DNA from: a virus
Virus record (IMG/VR): IMGVR_UViG_3300020048_000058
Strand: one strand, 5' to 3'
DNA length: 64,000 nt
The notes under the pieces are model-generated. The model saw only the letters and a program-made list of their open reading frames with translations. It was not told the origin of the DNA and did not search any database. This document shows, piece by piece, positions 62,706 to 64,000 of the stretch. Every line of letters begins with the position of its first letter. Position 1 is the first letter of the stretch. The position numbers were made by a program, and so were the translations under genes.

Positions 62706-62769
62706 ATTATGATGGGGTTGTGTTTTATCTTTACAGCCACCGGGTTTTATTCGGTGGCTCGTTTATTGG

Positions 62770-63243
62770 TTAGGCGTATTCTTTCATTAAACCCAAGACC
62801 TGTTCTTTGTAGTATTGATTATTAAAACTAAATGAGTGACCATTTTCGCTAACGATTCTACTAATGTGCACCCAATATGTTTTTCCAACTCTTTGACAAT
62901 CTTCTTCTACAAGGAAGTAGTTGCTGTTTCTGTAGCGCCCCTCCTCGTTTTTGAACTCTTTTATGAAGCAAGTCTTGATAACGCTTCCTTTTGTCGAGGG
63001 GACTCTGACTCTAAAGTTCATGCCGGATTCAATAGCTTTAAAAATCTTATTAATTTTAGTGCTAGAGGTTTTGACGGGTTGTTCTTTAGTTTCCGTTTCT
63101 GTCGTTAAACCTAGTTCCTCAGATGTCGCAAAGTATGTGGTGTTATCATCTAGGCAGACTGTGAAGGTTCCATCTTTGTGGTCAATTGTTACAGTTCCGT
63201 TTATACCTTTGATTGTCACCTTTTTGTTGGTTGCGGTTGTCAT
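62770..63243 (-). CDS. hypothetical protein (157 aa; start at internal ATG MTTATNKK)
   Basis: The duplicated promoter block lies immediately upstream. Confidence 0.55.
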   Translation of the reverse strand: MTTATNKKVTIKGINGTVTIDHKDGTFTVCLDDNTTYFATSEELGLTTETETKEQPVKTSSTKINKIFKAIESGMNFRVRVPSTKGSVIKTCFIKEFKNEEGRYRNSNYFLVEEDCQRVGKTYWVHISRIVSENGHSFSFNNQYYKEQVLGLMKEYA

Positions 63244-63285
63244 TGTTTTTGTCCTTTGTGCTTGTGTTTTATCCTTACAATTAAT

Positions 63286-63314
63286 ATAGTACACAACATC
63301 CCAAAAGATGTCAA
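63286..63314 (-). promoter_or_regulatory. sigma70-type promoter TTGACA-17 nt-TACTAT (minus strand), copy 2
   Basis: The -35 is the reverse complement of 63309..63314 and the -10 is the reverse complement of 63286..63291. Confidence 0.6.
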
Positions 63315-63355
63315 GCGTTTTCTGAAAATATTTTTTGAGGTGTTGCGATCGCCTG

Positions 63356-63616
63356 CTAATACATATTTTTAGCCCGTGTCCAGTCAGCCAAAACTTGACG
63401 ACTATCACCTGTTGGGTCACTGGATACAACGGTTAAATTCTCCACATTTGGGGCGGTCGGTTTGTTGATCAGTCCCTCGATTGCAGTAAGGAGCGAGTCT
63501 AGCTTAGTATTGATTTGAGAAGTTAGGTCTACCATCGGAGTGATTGGGGATAAATCAAATTTGATAGAAGACATATCTACCTGAATTATCTGATCTTCGA
63601 GATGATTCATCATCAA
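63356..63616 (-). CDS. hypothetical protein
   Basis: 86-aa ORF. Confidence 0.4.
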   Translation of the reverse strand: MMMNHLEDQIIQVDMSSIKFDLSPITPMVDLTSQINTKLDSLLTAIEGLINKPTAPNVENLTVVSSDPTGDSRQVLADWTRAKNMY

Positions 63617-63697
63617 GAGCTAAAATTTTGAGGTCTTTTAATTGACGACTTTTCTCAATTTGTTTATTGATTAAATCAAGTTTTAACTGTTCAGCTT

Positions 63698-63892
63698 TTG
63701 TGGAGTGGCACAACGGCGGTAGCAGCAATAAATACAAATAGAAATTACATTTGTATTGAGAAAGAGAAAGAGTATTTTGATATTGCTTGTGACAGGATTA
63801 ATCAACCCAGGGAATACTCAGAATTAGAATTAGAAATTAAAGAATTAAATAAACCTGAATTTAAACAATTGAGTTTATTAGACTTAATTTGA
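63698..63892 (+). pseudogene. C-terminal fragment of a second beta-class DNA methyltransferase
   Basis: GTTAVAAINTNRNYICIEKEKEYFDIACDRINQPREYSELELEIKELNKPEFKQLSLLDLI compares with the end of 12141..13154. No catalytic DPPY region lies upstream. Confidence 0.75.
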
Positions 63893-63953
63893 ATTGCCCC
63901 TTGCAACATTATTAACAATTTAAAGTGCAATGCTGTATAATAGAAAAGAGAAA

Positions 63954-63984
63954 AGCCGGAAGGTTCTATCTTTTCCGGCTTTTC
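63954..63984 (+). terminator. hairpin AGCCGGAA-N11-TTCCGGCT followed by TTTTCTC
   Basis: Read directly. Confidence 0.55.
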
Positions 63985-64000
63985 TCAAAAAACATTACAA

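Noticed and set aside
1-64000. Search for cas1, cas2, cas4 or other cas genes, and for an integrase or attachment sites.
   Set aside because: No ORF in the track shows recognisable Cas1 (long alpha-helical domain with conserved E/H/E), Cas2, Cas4 (RecB nuclease with a 4-Cys cluster), tyrosine or serine recombinase, or DDE transposase motifs. Absence is judged by eye only, and profile searches are required. I therefore do not call this a prophage or define its ends.

Overview
This window reads as a tailed cyanobacterial virus or prophage genome segment. Coding density is about 95%, in short co-directional modules. No ribosomal or host housekeeping genes, integrase or complete tRNA were seen. 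The cyanobacterial HIP1 palindrome GCGATCGC occurs at least 27 times, against about 1 expected by chance. Recognisable content includes the following. (1) Packaging and virion: the 3' part of a large terminase, then a virion/tail module with a tail-fibre gene. (2) Nucleotide metabolism and host takeover: an unlisted 54-aa nblA, tmk, thyX and a PAPS-reductase-like enzyme. (3) Replication and recombination: DnaB, a RuvC-like resolvase and a Rad52/Sak-like annealase. (4) DNA methylation: five orphan DNA methyltransferases plus one methylase fragment. (5) Cell envelope: a module with a membrane-anchored FtsK-like ATPase, an M23 peptidase and a GH108 muramidase. (6) An amidoligase. (7) Many small RHH/HTH/Zn-ribbon regulators. 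The most interesting locus is 19417..22087. It holds a 557-aa TnpB-like (type V, Cas12-class) RuvC nuclease gene. An 11-repeat, 10-spacer CRISPR array starts 19 bp after its stop codon. Upstream lies a divergent, promoter-to-terminator-defined small RNA that carries a 13-nt anti-repeat, which I propose as a tracrRNA. No cas1, cas2 or cas4 occurs anywhere in the 64 kb. Spacer 4 matches a synonymously diverged allele of the phage's own Rad52/Sak gene: 27/35 nt, and 10/11 codons give the same amino acid. This argues that the system targets related, competing phages. Other notable structure: a 16-bp x ~11 tandem repeat that reiterates a stop/RBS/start junction between two virion genes; a four-copy promoter/operator cassette rich in GTAAAACA/GTAAGAC 8-mers; conserved 5'-terminal leader hairpins; and several recombination scars (gene 3'-end fragments, and flanking direct repeats around a methylase cassette). 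All functional calls come from motif recognition by eye. No database search was run.
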